Source: Yuukianura sp. NJ FZ-2021
Taxonomy: Eukaryota
DNA length: 64,000 nt
Direction: 5' to 3'
NCBI GenBank assembly: GCA_046563655.1
Contig: CM102287.1
Location: 4,836,001-4,900,000 of the forward strand
In this document: piece after piece, positions 39,514-52,900 of the stretch
How the letters are laid out: every line of letters begins with the position of its first letter
How positions within the stretch are numbered: position 1 is the stretch's first letter
Made by a program: the position numbers and the translations under genes
The notes under the pieces: generated by a model
The model's input: the letters and a program-made list of their open reading frames with translations, nothing else
The model's database searches: none
Told to the model about the DNA's origin: nothing

Positions 39514-39579
39514 AATTAGTAACGACTCTGTCCATTTTCTGGAAAAAGCATTTGGACATCAAAGAGAGTTTGTGGAAGA

Positions 39580-40541
39580 TCAAAGGACGTTGAGTACTTT
39601 GATCGTATCAAAGTGGTTCAGAATCTCCTTCCTTGAAAGTGGACACACGAAGTACCTCTCCTCGCACTCCGTCCCTTCAGCACCCTTGGCATTCCAACCT
39701 ACTTCCACAGCCTCTTCAAATACTGAAAGTACTGGACGCTCCTCCAGCACATCAGGATCCACATTCCTCTTCTCTCTCCGATTCCATCCTGACCTAATAG
39801 CACAAACGAAATGAATTTCAAAATTTTCAAATTTCAGCAGAATTTTTGAATTTCAACTTCTAAAAAGTTACTTGCTAAGAGCTGACAAGGTCATCTTGGT
39901 CTCCCTGGTCAGCGGATGTCCATGGAGGGATTGGATTTGAAGTTCACAGAGTGTGCGCAGAAGACAATCCTGCATATCCAATCGCCGCAGAACCTAACAG
40001 CGATATACTACAGATCATTTAAGCTTTACTTTAGCACAAAGACTGTGACCTTATGACCTTACTGTGAACATGGTTTCGGCTAACCGCTCTTTTTCTTTGG
40101 CCAATTTCGGATCAGTTGATCTCTTCCGCCGAATAACACCGTGCAGCCCTGCTTCTTCGCCGAACAGCGCCATTAAAATTGGGTTGAAATCCGTGAACCG
40201 GAGTATCATCAACTACCAAATCAAATCATATTTACATTCAACTCCTAAAAAAAATTTCCTAAAAAAGTTTAAGTTCCTAAAAAAAACTTTCAAAATTTTG
40301 AAAAATTCCTTGAAACCTTTAGAACAACAAGGCCAAGCATGATAGATTCGAACGGAGTGAGGGAAAAATTCCACGTCGACGATGGATCCAGCAGCTTTTC
40401 CTTCGGTATGGCCATTGCCCTGGACGACATTAGCAGCAGCGCTGCCGCTGAAACCTTGGAAAGTTGAAGCGGATTGGTCAGAATTGGAACTGCACCGGGA
40501 GAGGGACACTGGGTCAAAAGGTCAAACGCTCCTACGGACAT
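39580..40541 (-). CDS. Second DM4/DM12-like protein, 4 exons (start uncertain)
   Basis: The spliced frame reads ...IRRKRSTDP...LDMQDCLLRTLCEL...VFEEAVEVG...ECEERYFVCPLS. It has the same CLLRxxCE / CxxxYxxC pattern as the gene at 31.5 kb. Confidence 0.65.
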
Positions 40542-43500
40542 GTTGCTCTGCAAATGAATCTGAACTGAACTGAATTCCTACATGAGCTAAAAGTTTCAGG
40601 AGCGCCTAGTAACGGTAATTTGATTTGAATTTGAATTAGTAGAACATTTAGTGTTTGCCTAATTGATTTCATGTTTACGCAGTCAAAACTGGGCCAACCG
40701 CTACAAAGTCCATACAAAGTTGACCTCAATGGTCAACCAAGTCACCTCACCAGACTAGCAATTATGCAATGACTTTAACAGGTTCCATTCCAGAACAAAT
40801 CGGAATCACCTTCTACAACTTGGAGACTCGCAATTATTCAGGGATTCCTAAACTCATAAAATCCTTTTTCAAAAATTAAAATTCAAAATTCAAAATTTTG
40901 AATATCGTATGCTTCAAGGTCATTGTCGACTAACATCAGTTTCTTTGCAATTTCCTCACATATCAATCTGAATTGCAATGAAGCAGAAGCAGAAAGTGTG
41001 TAACATAAATGATGATGTGACACACTAACTTCCGCATTTCCAATTCAGCAAGCATCCCCCAATCAGGAAGTGAAATCTAACATTTAACCCATCCAAAATC
41101 TTCAATCAACCACCAAAAATCCCCCAAAATTTCAAAAAAAAATCAAAAACTTTCAAAACTTTTTCTTCTCTCTTTTTTTCTTATTGGCTTTACACTCAAA
41201 ATCGCCCTCGCTTAACCAAAACCAATCGCTTTTAAGTCAGATCTGACTCACTTTAGATCTCTCACTCAAATTGAATATTGAGGATTGTGTTAGTGTTACC
41301 CAAAGAAGAATATTTTTGGAAAGTGTGATGATGAGTTATGTAAAAATGACAACAAATAAATAAAAATGAGGGGTGCGGTTAGTTGTTGGGAAGGACAAGG
41401 ATGGTTTTTGTGGTAGAGGCCTTAGCACAACCACAAAAAGTGAAAGTGATGCTGATGTTGTTGTCACTTTCTCTTTTCGTTGTTACAGCGTCTGTTACCC
41501 TCATTGAATAATCTCCAATTGGCCAATACTTGACTACAGCAAACCAGTTTGCTCACATTCCAACACATTCGCAGTAACACACTCACAATTACGTTGAGTC
41601 CCCTCAGTAATCGTTACATCAACAACTCACAGATTCATAAATCCACGACCAATTGAAAACAATCAAAAGGAAATCGCTTGAAAGTGGATTTGCTCTACCC
41701 ACACGATGCTAAAAAGTTGAGCTGATGCTCTCCTGGATGTTAAGCATTGTTTTAGCATGCATGTTATGTTAGGGCGGGTATGCAAATAAGTTCTGGAAGT
41801 GGTCAAGGTTGACCTTGGACAACATTTTGTTTCCTACAAGACAAAAAGTGGACTTGGACAACTCTCAAGTTCTGGATGGTTTGCTGAGACACACTGCCTT
41901 GCTTATTTTTTATGGAGAACAATAGATTCCAAAAAGTGGAACTGCCTCAGGGCATTGCCAATTTAATTAATTCATGCCAATCCATCCTCTGCTCAACCCA
42001 TATTTACACACCTTCTGTCTATCTTAAATTCAACACAGTCATCACACCACATTCACACTATCACACTCACTCTACGAATTTTGCAGAAATGTTTTGCACA
42101 ACCACTTTGACTTGGTTAGATGAAGAAAAAAACGGAAACTTTTGGAGTGATAAAAACAAGAAAGTTGCTTTAAAAATGCCTGTAAGATGATTTGCAGCTC
42201 TGCAAATTTTTTTGCCAAAGCAAAAACATCGCAATCTTGAAACCTTCCCTGCTCCTCCTAGTCGTACAAGAGGACAAGACTTAAAAGTTTTACCAGAATT
42301 TGCTAACTTAAGTTTGCCAATTTTCACATGACTTTGTTTTAGCATTCACAAGGTCAAGGGTCATGAGATACGGAAAATGTAGTTGACGTACCCAAAAACA
42401 TCTGCGTAAACCTGACTAATAATTGAGATTTGAGATTACGAAAACTTAATTAATCAACTAACCTAACAATCAACCTGCTAAGTTAGCCAGGTTAGCAGTG
42501 CTAACTTATGAACATGGACAATGGGAGATTCAGTCTGCAAACCAATAGCTCAGCTATGATAGCTGTAAGGAGCAGGCGTAGCGTCTCTGCATCATGGAAG
42601 ATTTAGCGGGAAAAAATTTGAAATTGCTGCACGCGGAAAGCGGAAGTTTGTTTACAATTTTTTTTTCGTGTCTGAAATTTTAACTTTGCCAAGCAAAACA
42701 ATCGAATTTATAAACAATCGTTAGAACAGGAAGTGTTAGAGGCATCAGTGACAACTGTAAGCAATGTCCTTGTCCATTTTCAGCAGTTGCCAATCCAGAT
42801 AACGACAACAACTAACAGTAACTTCCTTCAATTTCAGGCTCTTTTCAGCAATCGTCAGCGTCTCGTCCTCTTCTGGCCGAGGCCGACGACGCTTGTTCAG
42901 CCAAACAAGACGAAGCGAAAAACTGGAGGTGAACTCTCATGCCCTTCTTCATATCGCTCATCACACACTTACAAGAGTCTTGGCATAAGGATAAGGTTCA
43001 GTACAAGTACCACAGCTCATTAGACATCCAAAATATTCATTGCTCAGGATTAATTCTAACTCCAAGTCTCTTTGTTTAGACTTTAGATCTAACATCATCT
43101 CTCATAAACTGGGATTTGGCCTAGCCTGGACCAGCCGCACCAACTTTTCACCTACTTAGGCATCAACCGAACCTCAATTCCCCTCCAACATCGTTGATCA
43201 CCGACGACGAGTGGGCTGAAGTGGCTATAAAGCTCCGTCTATAGCCTGGGAGATTACAAATGGAAAGTTAAGTGGCCAAACTCTCCCTTTCGTCGGCCAC
43301 AGCAGTGAGAGTGTGGGCATACATCGGTACAAGAGGAGACACTCTGTATCAGTCGCTATTCGAGGGAGCAAGGAGCCATTCCAACCAAGATCCTACCTCG
43401 TGCATCTTCCAAATACTCTTTCACAACGTGCTCATCTCTGCATCTTAGCTTCTTAACGTTCAATTCAACTGATCTGACTGGGACTTGGCTCTTTTGGAAG

Positions 43501-44105
43501 AAGACTTGTGCTCGTGCTGCAGTGAAACAGTGGATTGGAGAGGTAGGACTATTACACGCTCTCACTACTCGACTCCCGTCGCCAATTAACTGCTCACTCT
43601 CTCTTTCAATCAAAGGAAACAAAGAGCTCAAACAATAGGACCAACCATTCTTACTTCTCCTAGTTTCCATTCTTCAGTAGTCCCAGTTTCACTTTCAGTT
43701 TCCAAACACTCTGAGGCAGGACACAGTCCAGAACAATCCTCTCTAGTAGTACTCCACTCCATCAAGCCCATCCTCCTCGTCTCTCGCCAAATCCTGAGCC
43801 CCAGAGAGGCCTCCGTATTACAACGCAGTAGATCGAGATAGACATAAAAAGTCGGGTGACCTTGGCCTTGAGTAAAGAGTTTTTCGCTAGAGCCCACACT
43901 CCCAGCTCCTTCCTTGTACCAGCAAACGACTGAGCAGTGGCCCACTGCTGTACAAAAGACAAAGAGTGTGGACCAAGTAGGAAGCTACTGCTCAGCTTGA
44001 CTCCTTCCTCTTCCTTGCATCTCCCCAACTTACTTCGCAATCATTCCACTAATTCAATCTTTTCTTTCTTTCCAAATCCATTGCTAACTCTGGACCATTC
44101 GGCAG

Positions 44106-45013
44106 CCATCTTCGTCTCCCGCCGTTCTGCCCTCGACAATGAAGGACAACACCACCTCGTCTTCACGATACAAGACGGAACTCTGCCGGTAAGAATTGCA
44201 CAAATCGTATCACCTAGTAACTAAACTAATACGCTTTCTTCTCACAGCGGTCTCATTTTCTAAACGGACAACAAGTGCAACAAGTTCTTGTTGTCCTGTT
44301 TAAAATATTTTCCGAACAACCTAAACAAAGCAATCAATGAATGACCCACTGCTTGCCTTTTGCCTAACATAAACATAAACAAACCATAAAAATTTCAATT
44401 TCATTTTCTTCTCTCTCTTCAGTTGAAGACAAAATTTTAATTGAATTTGGTTTAATTTCCAGCCCCTTCACGGAGTACACCCACTGCAAATACGGTGAAA
44501 AGTGTCAGTTTGCCCATGGCCCTGGTGAGCTCCGCAGCACTTCCAGGCATCCCAAGTACAAGACAGAATTGTGCAAGACCTACCACACGCTGGGCCTCTG
44601 TCCCTACGGACATCGATGGTAATTAACAACACCCATCAGTCAATCACGCTGCAGATTAATCTAATGGCTTAATAAACTCATTCCCAATTTGATCCAATCT
44701 AGCCACTTTGTGCATGAAGACAATGAGGCTCTCCTGAGACAGGTAACGACAATTTACACAAAAATAGCCTAACCTACACCTTCATGTCAAAGGTCAAACC
44801 GAAAAAAAAATCCATGTCTTACAAACTTGTTTTCCATTCCAGGCCCTGCCGTCACTCTCATCTCTTCCGAACAGTGCCTTGAGCAGCGCTGCAACGAGTC
44901 CAACCAGCTCCATTTCAAGTCCAAGTCCCACATCGTCCATTAACGAAAACGACTTTAACTTTGTTGAATTCAAACCACGACTGCCCGTTTTTAGTCAATT
45001 TGCTGGAAACTGA
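44106..45013 (+). CDS. Tis11: Tis11/ZFP36 (tristetraprolin family) tandem CCCH mRNA-decay factor; upstream exon(s) unresolved, in-frame ATG at 44139
   Basis: [66 protein letters not shown] (intron within the Cys codon). The C-terminal RLPVFSQF is a CNOT1-binding-type motif. Exons are too short for the ORF track. Confidence 0.93.
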
Positions 45014-45333
45014 TGCTACTACGTACGATCGAAAGACAAATCGGAAGCACTCGGAACTGTGGAACATACTTCAACATAGAACAAAACTTCAGCAAAAACT
45101 TACTCAAAAGCAATCAATTTGGTGATTCCTCAAAATGGAAAACTTCAAGAGTTCTCGGTTTTGGTTCTTCCAAAAACCAAACATTCTAAAAAAAATCTAC
45201 CCTCAGGATGAAGTGCTTTGTTTTAAAAAAAATGTTAAAAATATCCTAAATTATTGACTTTGATTTTCCCTTGAAGTCTTTTTTTCTCATGTTTTTCACA
45301 AAAATGGTTGCTACACCCTGCGCAGTAGGAATC

Positions 45334-45342
45334 TTATTTATT
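45334..45342 (+). promoter_or_regulatory. AU-rich element nonamer UUAUUUAUU in probable Tis11 3' UTR
   Basis: TTATTTATT lies about 320 nt after the stop codon, followed by further AT-rich TTATT runs. Confidence 0.55.
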
Positions 45343-48300
45343 GTATATCACAACTAATTTCACCGCCCCTTTATTTTAATATTATTATTATTATATTCTA
45401 TAATTCAAATCACTTTCTTCATGTTTTCTGTTTTCCTTTAAATCACCCCTTCCGTTTTAAGTTTTGTTTTACTTTTTAGAATTCTTGAATGTAGAAAACT
45501 CCTTTTTTAATCCTTGTTTTATGTTCGAAATGACCCAACTCCTGGCGAGAATCGGATCACTTTGGACAATTTTCAAAATTTCAAAAGCTGTTTAGAAAAA
45601 GGGGGGCCCTTTTTAGTTTAGTGTGTCAGGCGGATGTTCTTGTGGCCTTGGGAAACTGTCAATGCCTTTGAAATTTGGAAAGAAAACCTTGAGCTACTCT
45701 CATCTCCCTTTGTTCTGTTTTAGAAAAAGATTGTATTTAGAAAATGCTTTGTGTTTTTAGAAAAAGTGACCTTTTCTTTTAGAAAACGAAAAGAACGCAT
45801 CTTAGGTCTTGACTATAAAAATATCGAAATGAAATTAATATATTCCCTTATTACTAAAATTTAAGAAGTTATGTTTGGACTTAGCTTAGTTTAATTAATT
45901 GAAATGTTAACTTAACTAATTTATATTTTTAAAACAAAATCAACCCCTCTTCCACTGTGACCATAGTATACTCGGCACTCCTCCTCAAAATTGCCTTGAA
46001 ACAGCTATACTTAACTAGGTTAACCTCTGTTTTTTGAATGCCGGTGGGGAACAGTTAGAATTGTGGTTGAGCAGTGGACTAAAAAGTTGATTGGGTTTTT
46101 CATGAGGAGGCTAACACTGTTATAAATCCTTGGACAAAATGGAAATAAAAGTGAAACTGTTGTGCCTAGGTGTGGGAATTGGTTTAGTATTTTGAAATTG
46201 AAAGTGAAAGTGCATTTGAACTTGAGTCCTTTTGGAGGGAAATGCAACGCCCTGCGACTCAACTGGGTCAAGAGGTCACTCTCCCTTTCCCCATTGTTCT
46301 CACAACTCAACCAAAACAACCCTTGCACTTTCTGTAACACACAAATTAACCCCCTACCAAATGCAACTGCATTTCCAACACTCCAAATCTCCCACGATCT
46401 TCACAGGCCATTCACCTCTTTAACCAACTCCTAAACTAACCTCATCAATTTAATACATTTACTAACCCTGTGTTACACCAAAACTTCAGTTTGCGTCTAA
46501 TTCGCACAGATACTAAAATTTCTGTTTTTCAACATTTTTGGTAGGAAATGCGCATCATTATCAACGCCGAGAAATAGGCGAAAATTTTCACTTAAGTTTT
46601 AAAAAACAATCAGGAAAAATGTTCTCGAATAGGCTTTATAATCTTCAAATGCGAACACCGATGATACCGATCGATTTTAAAATTGAGAATAATTAATTAA
46701 TAGAATAAACAAGAAAATTATACCGCAGCCCCTACTATTATTTTGAACAATAGAAAATTGACAAAGAAAAATGAAAAAAATTTGATTTATGGTAATTACC
46801 AAGTAGTACAACAAAACTCCAATATCTGTAGTAATTTTTAATAAAAGAAAAACATTTGTTTTTGTCAGGAAGTTTAGTTTAAAATGCATCTCATACCCAT
46901 AGGCATTTTAGCATACAACCTCAAGTAAAAAAAAATTATGAAAATTTTCAATTTGATATTCTTTCCTTGACTAAAACTAAATCGTTAATCCTCTTTAAAG
47001 AAACTTGAAACTGGATGATTTGAATTTGAAATTCTGTGTCCCTACCTCTGCTGGTTTTCGGCTAAGATAAAACTGAAGAGTAAACAAAGATTCGGTGTGG
47101 TTAAGAATGAAAGTGCGGTAGAACGGGAGTGGGTTTGGTATGGTGCCAAAGTGGTTAGATTGAGGGAGCGTCTATTTCTGGTGGGAGGATGTCGCAATGT
47201 CACCAGACACATTTGGAGATTGCAACTGGAGTCATTAGGCAAACCCACCAGCCATCCACTTCCCACCAGAACCAGGACGTGTCAAGTGTCACTCTAGGGC
47301 TTTCATCTCTGGAGAAAGTCAGACACCAATTGACACCTTCCCAACTACGTCATCAAAATCCTCACTTTTTACTTTCCTAAAATATAACCAATCCCTCTGC
47401 TAAAAATAAAATTTCAAAAAAGGGCCACACAATCTATTTCTAGTCTGGGAAACCTAACTGAAAACACGAATTTCAAGAAAAGTTCTTTAATTTCTTCGTG
47501 CTAAAAACTATTTCGAACTTTTTCAGAAGCTATTTCGAACTTTTTCTAAGTATTTTCTAAAGTGTGAGTTTAACGTTAGGCTAACCATGAGCGATAGGAA
47601 GCTAGAAAGTGAGCATGTCATTGTCCAATGTATCAAAGTGCTCCCTGCAGACACCAAGACCAATGACCTCCATTAACCAAACAGTTTCTGCAAACGCATC
47701 ACTTTCACTTTCCCGCCAAAAAAGAGTTGGACAAACAAACCTTCAACTTCCTAAGTTCACGAAATGCTCATTTCCGACCAAAACGTAACATAACACGTTC
47801 TTCCAACATAAACCTAACAAACTAAAAGCAGTTCGTCCAATCACAATCACATCCTTTCATTTTAGTCCAACTTAACCAGCCATTGTTTCTGCTTTAAGTG
47901 ACTTTCTCCGTATTCTAACATTAACTGCGAAATTATTTCCGCAACTAGAAACTTCCACAACTTAAAATTTTCAAAAACAAAAGAAAAAGAGAAAGTCCCC
48001 AATTTGTGTTAAGTTTGAGAAACTTGAGTAATTTCAAAACAAAACGTTCCGTTCCCGCGTTAAGTGAAGCATTTGAACTCATGTCGTAACCGTAAGGGTT
48101 GTTGTTAAATTCCAGGTGAAAACAGGCTTTCTCCAAAAACAGTCGTTTAGCCTGTGTGATAATTGAAATTCCTGGCATTCCTCGGTGCTGTTTCCCCAAC
48201 TGAAGGCCATTATCACGTTCGATGGAGAAATGTTAGGTTAACCTAACTTGATCATAACCTAACCTTAAATAACGTACGCATTATTCATCCAGAACATCCA

Positions 48301-49644
48301 TTGCCCAGTGAAAGCCATTGTCAACTTAATCCTCCACAGTCTATTTCCCGCTCATCCATCATCATCCGTCCACACATCATTTCACCCATCGTAGACATAA
48401 TTCACATTCCACAATTATATTACTTATCCATTATAATACATTATTACTATTATTATATAATTATTGTATTTCATTAATATTACTATGATGTTATTGTATT
48501 TCATCATATTAATTCCACCCCCAACTTAACGAATACCTTAATCAATTCACGTTTCACATTTTTCGTTTAGAGTTTTAGACTTCTCAAGTTTTTTCACTTC
48601 ACTTTTTAAGCAAGGTTCGTAAACTTGCTTTTTAAGTGATTACTTTTGACCTGGCCGTTTTTTGACCTCTAATCTAACCTTTTTGGCTAAAAAGTCTTTA
48701 CCAAAATTGATTCTAAAGAGATCAAACTGTCTCTGGATGGCCCGGAGGGAGCTTTAAGCTCCTTCTCTTAACTTAAACCTTTCTTACTAAAGTATATGCA
48801 CAGTGGAATACAGGAGTCGCAAACCTTAAGACTAAATTTTTGTACTAGTGAAAGTCGGGAGTCAAGGAGAAAGTCTTAGGAAAGAAGAGTTTGAATGAGG
48901 TGGAACTAATCATAATTGAAGTGGTTCTGAACAACCACCGCTGGGCAAACAGGAGACAAGGAAATCCCATCCCATTTAACTTTCTTCACTTTCACATCAT
49001 GCTAAAAAAAACCCCTCGACAACATCAACCTTAAAATCCAATCCACTTTAACTGCTCATTTCTGAAAATGTCACCTAATCTGCTTTTAGTTGAACATTTT
49101 GACATCGGAAATCCCTCAGTCACTCGAAACACATTGTCTCTCCTCTCTCCTGCTTTCACCCTTCGCTCTCCTGAATACTCTTAATTTCAAAATTTCAAAT
49201 TTCCCTCCAAAATGGGAAAAAGAGAGAATTCTTCGGGTTGAAAAGAGAAACCATTTGAGTGAAAAGAGTAAAAGATGAAGTGGGTATTACATTCAAGTCT
49301 CCACTTGAAGCCCTGCCATGGAAAAATACGGAATTGGAGTCGTTTCGGATGGAGAAAGTAAGATTGGAGGGAAGTGGAGGGGAAAGGGAACATGTGAGTT
49401 CAAATTAATTTTCCCCTGGAGTGATCCGAAGGGGGAGGAGAGGGGGATTGAGACTGTGTTTGATGATTTAATATTAATATTCTATGTGTAATGAGAGATG
49501 GGGGGAGGGGGTGGTTGGCCAAGTGGAAACATTCCATAAAGGGTAAGCTTTCTCCGCCTGCACAATGCCTTCCCCTCTTCCTCCTTCGTGCTTTCTTCAA
49601 ATAAATCACATGTTTCCCAAAGAACACACCCAGCACAAGCGGTT

Positions 49645-49950
49645 GCAATTTTGGATCAACTCAAATTGCATCAACAAAAGGTTGGGCTAACAAAATTAAG
49701 ATCAACCACAACTGCTTCAAGAAGACAGTGAAAAGGAAGAGGTCCAATTAAAATCGGATAGCCAAGAATTGAATTACTACATATCAAAAAATGCGTCAAC
49801 ATGAAATGGTTCAACTGGAATTGGATCAACAAGAAATTGTTTCAACTTAGGATTCCATCAACAAAAATAGGACAAACAGATCACAGGTAGAAATCGATCA
49901 ACGAAAATTACATCAAATAGAACTGATTCAGGTAGAATCGCGTCAACAGG
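49645..49950. repeat. Degenerate ~16-bp minisatellite with a (A/G/T)TCAAC core
   Basis: Recurrent AATTGGATCAAC / AATTGCATCAAC / AATGCGTCAAC / AATCGATCAAC units. Confidence 0.6.
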
Positions 49951-52900
49951 ATAATGAAGTCCAACCTCCACGCCAGCTGAACTAATTTCGCCGTTGAGTA
50001 AATCAGCTATGCGATACAACTTCAGTTGATACTACGATGGTGCTGAGCTAGTGGTAGTTGAGCTATTTCAATTGATATAAAATTGTTTCCTGCCCGAGCA
50101 TCCGCCTTCCATTACTACTCCTTCCACGCACCACGACTTTCTCTTCATTTTCTCTTCTCATCAAACCATCCAACGCCTATTTCCAAATTCCTCCACCTTT
50201 CTCAGACTAACACTAGAAAAAGCGATTTCCACAAACATTATAAAGATGGAACGCATTATGCATTTAAGACAGAAGTTGATAGAGTAATCCTAAATCAATC
50301 TTGAACTGCCACAACAGCCGACACTGATTGACATTCATTCTACGCTTCCCAATTCATAAAATTAAAAAAAAACGAAACACCAAAGTAAAAAAAAACACAA
50401 CGGGGACACAGAAATGCGCTTTCTCCAACTGTTTATCTCTGTCTAGCAAACCAAACCAACGTTCAGCACATTTCTCTACAAGAAGAATGGAACCAAAACA
50501 TTGCAAAAAAACTTCTTTGGAAGTTTTGCATTTTCTCTCCAGTGAAAGTGAAAAACGTGGAACCTAAGCCTCCAATTGCACAGAATAAAAAGGTTTGATT
50601 GCAAAATTGTAGTCCATTTGTCCAACATCTAAAAATGTAACAAGTCGAATTAGAGAGATTACTCAATACGTCCACAACATCTTAAAGAAAAGTGAGGAGT
50701 TGAGAGAAAAACGACTTGATTCTGGTCCAATTTCTGTCGGAGTATTAAGCGTACTTACTTACGTATAGTTAAAGGAAGTTAGGAAGTGACAGGGACTAAT
50801 CAACTGCAGAAAAACTTTTCACCACACGTCCATTTTCATTTCCAATAAGAATCAGATGAAACCAAGGGCCTTGTGTCTAAAAATAGTTTAGAGTGATGTT
50901 CCTGTGACTGCGGGAGATGAGTGCTATAAATAATAGATACCATCCAACCCCTATCCTTTTGTTCTCATCTCACAACCACACCATCCCAATTAGTTACCTT
51001 CATCTACGTCAAACACTACAGCCACAACACCAAAAACCATTAACACCTTCACTTACACTACAAACTCTCTAACCTTACTTAACTGAAGCCATCACTGAAA
51101 CCCTGACTACAATGGAGACAAAACAGAACAGCAAAGTTGAGTGCAACCTCTCAATTGTCTATTTCAACCAAATTCATTAACCGAATTTTAAAATAAATTA
51201 TATCCAGCAAAAAAAAACAAACCTGAAACCAGAAATATTGAAACTGAAACAAAACTTAAGTTGTGCAGATGAAATGTATTTTTAGTTTGAGATTTTGACC
51301 TGGAGGAAAGAAAAATAATCTCCCGGCGAAAGCGCGGTCAGTGTGAAATTCAAACCCGGTGAAAGCACTCCCAAGGGAAACACATCACTCTCCTCCGCAA
51401 ATCACACCGTAATGTAACCACTCTCAAAAGAATCATCTACCACTGCATTATTTCTATTACACGTCAGTACTAATATTATATGCTGCACCATTATTATAAT
51501 ATAACAAAATATATCAATGAATGATGTAATAAAATATTCCCATTACCCATTATACTCCCCCAGTGAAATCAAAATTATGTAACACAACACGTAATGAAAC
51601 GCCGGAACTAGTGAAAATGGACATGTGAACTATTTAAAAACAAAATTTCTTTGGGCGGCGTTTAACTTTCGAAGCTAAATCAAACGACGGTAAAATAGGA
51701 ACTTTCACCTTTCTCTTTCTCCGTTTCCCGCATTTTTTGATTTCCTGACGAAACCATTCACTTTCTTTTTAAGAATTAAGCAGAAGGCTTTTGATTTTGA
51801 CTCTTCTAAAAAGAGAAGTAAACACAGTCCATTGCTCTAATTAAAAGTGTCAAGTATTTGCCAGCTCTTGTCTCTGGAGGAAGTAGAAAGCAAACAGTTG
51901 CAGGCCAACACAAACAAACCACAACTCCACTCCAAGAAACCACAAAACTTTCACAACCAAAACACTCCCGCACGCTCCCACTTCTATGAAATGCCACAAA
52001 AATCTTCCAGAAATTCTCGCGAAAATCCTTTCTCCTCGAAACTGCTTTCCAAAAACTACAAAAAAAAATCCTTCCAGAAATTCCCACAAAAACCTTCCTT
52101 AGAATTTTCAGCGTTCTCAAATTTCTTCCTTCCTTAGGTAGGTTTCTAGAGGAAATGGAAACCGCGTCACATTTAAACTGTCTCAATTTGAAACTGTTTT
52201 AAAGTGAACTTGTTTGGCGGGCACTAAGAAACTTTAAGAAAGTAGAATATTCTGAGGCCGGAGTCTAATATTTCCTCTAAGAAGAGAGACACAATGGGGT
52301 TCTAAACTTTCGTTTCTTATCGCTTCTCAAGAAGAAAGTTCTGATCCTGACGTCCGTTGTCTGGCAACAAACAATAGAGCCCAAGCTCCGCTCATTATGC
52401 TTCCGACTACCTTCCGTTTCCTAGCAACATCAACTTTTTTCATTAAAAGTTAGTGGGGAGGGAGAGGGATTAGGGGCAGGGAGATGATGATCTCTTAGAT
52501 TTCAACATTCAAAGTTCCTACTCAAGAATCAGAGGATTTGACGAGAGACGGAGGATCAGGATAGCATAGAGAAAGCGAGTTCATGGACTCCAAATTGTCT
52601 CTGTCACGGCACAACTTTTGGTTGAAGTAAACCAACACTGCACTAGTTGTTACCGTGTAACCACCATCCAACCGTCACTGGAACCACTGACGGCTGGGCG
52701 GCCGCAACAAAAAAGTCAGCTTTCTCTCAAATTTTATTTCAAATGTAAAAAGTAAAATTTTGGTGTGTGGTTTAGATCTATAAAATACAGTGAAGTTTTT
52801 AGGCATTTTTAAATTATATATATATTTTTTTACATTTTACGTGGTTCCCCGTTCTAGTGTGCAGGAAGACAAAAATTGTTAGCACATCTCAAATCCTGCA

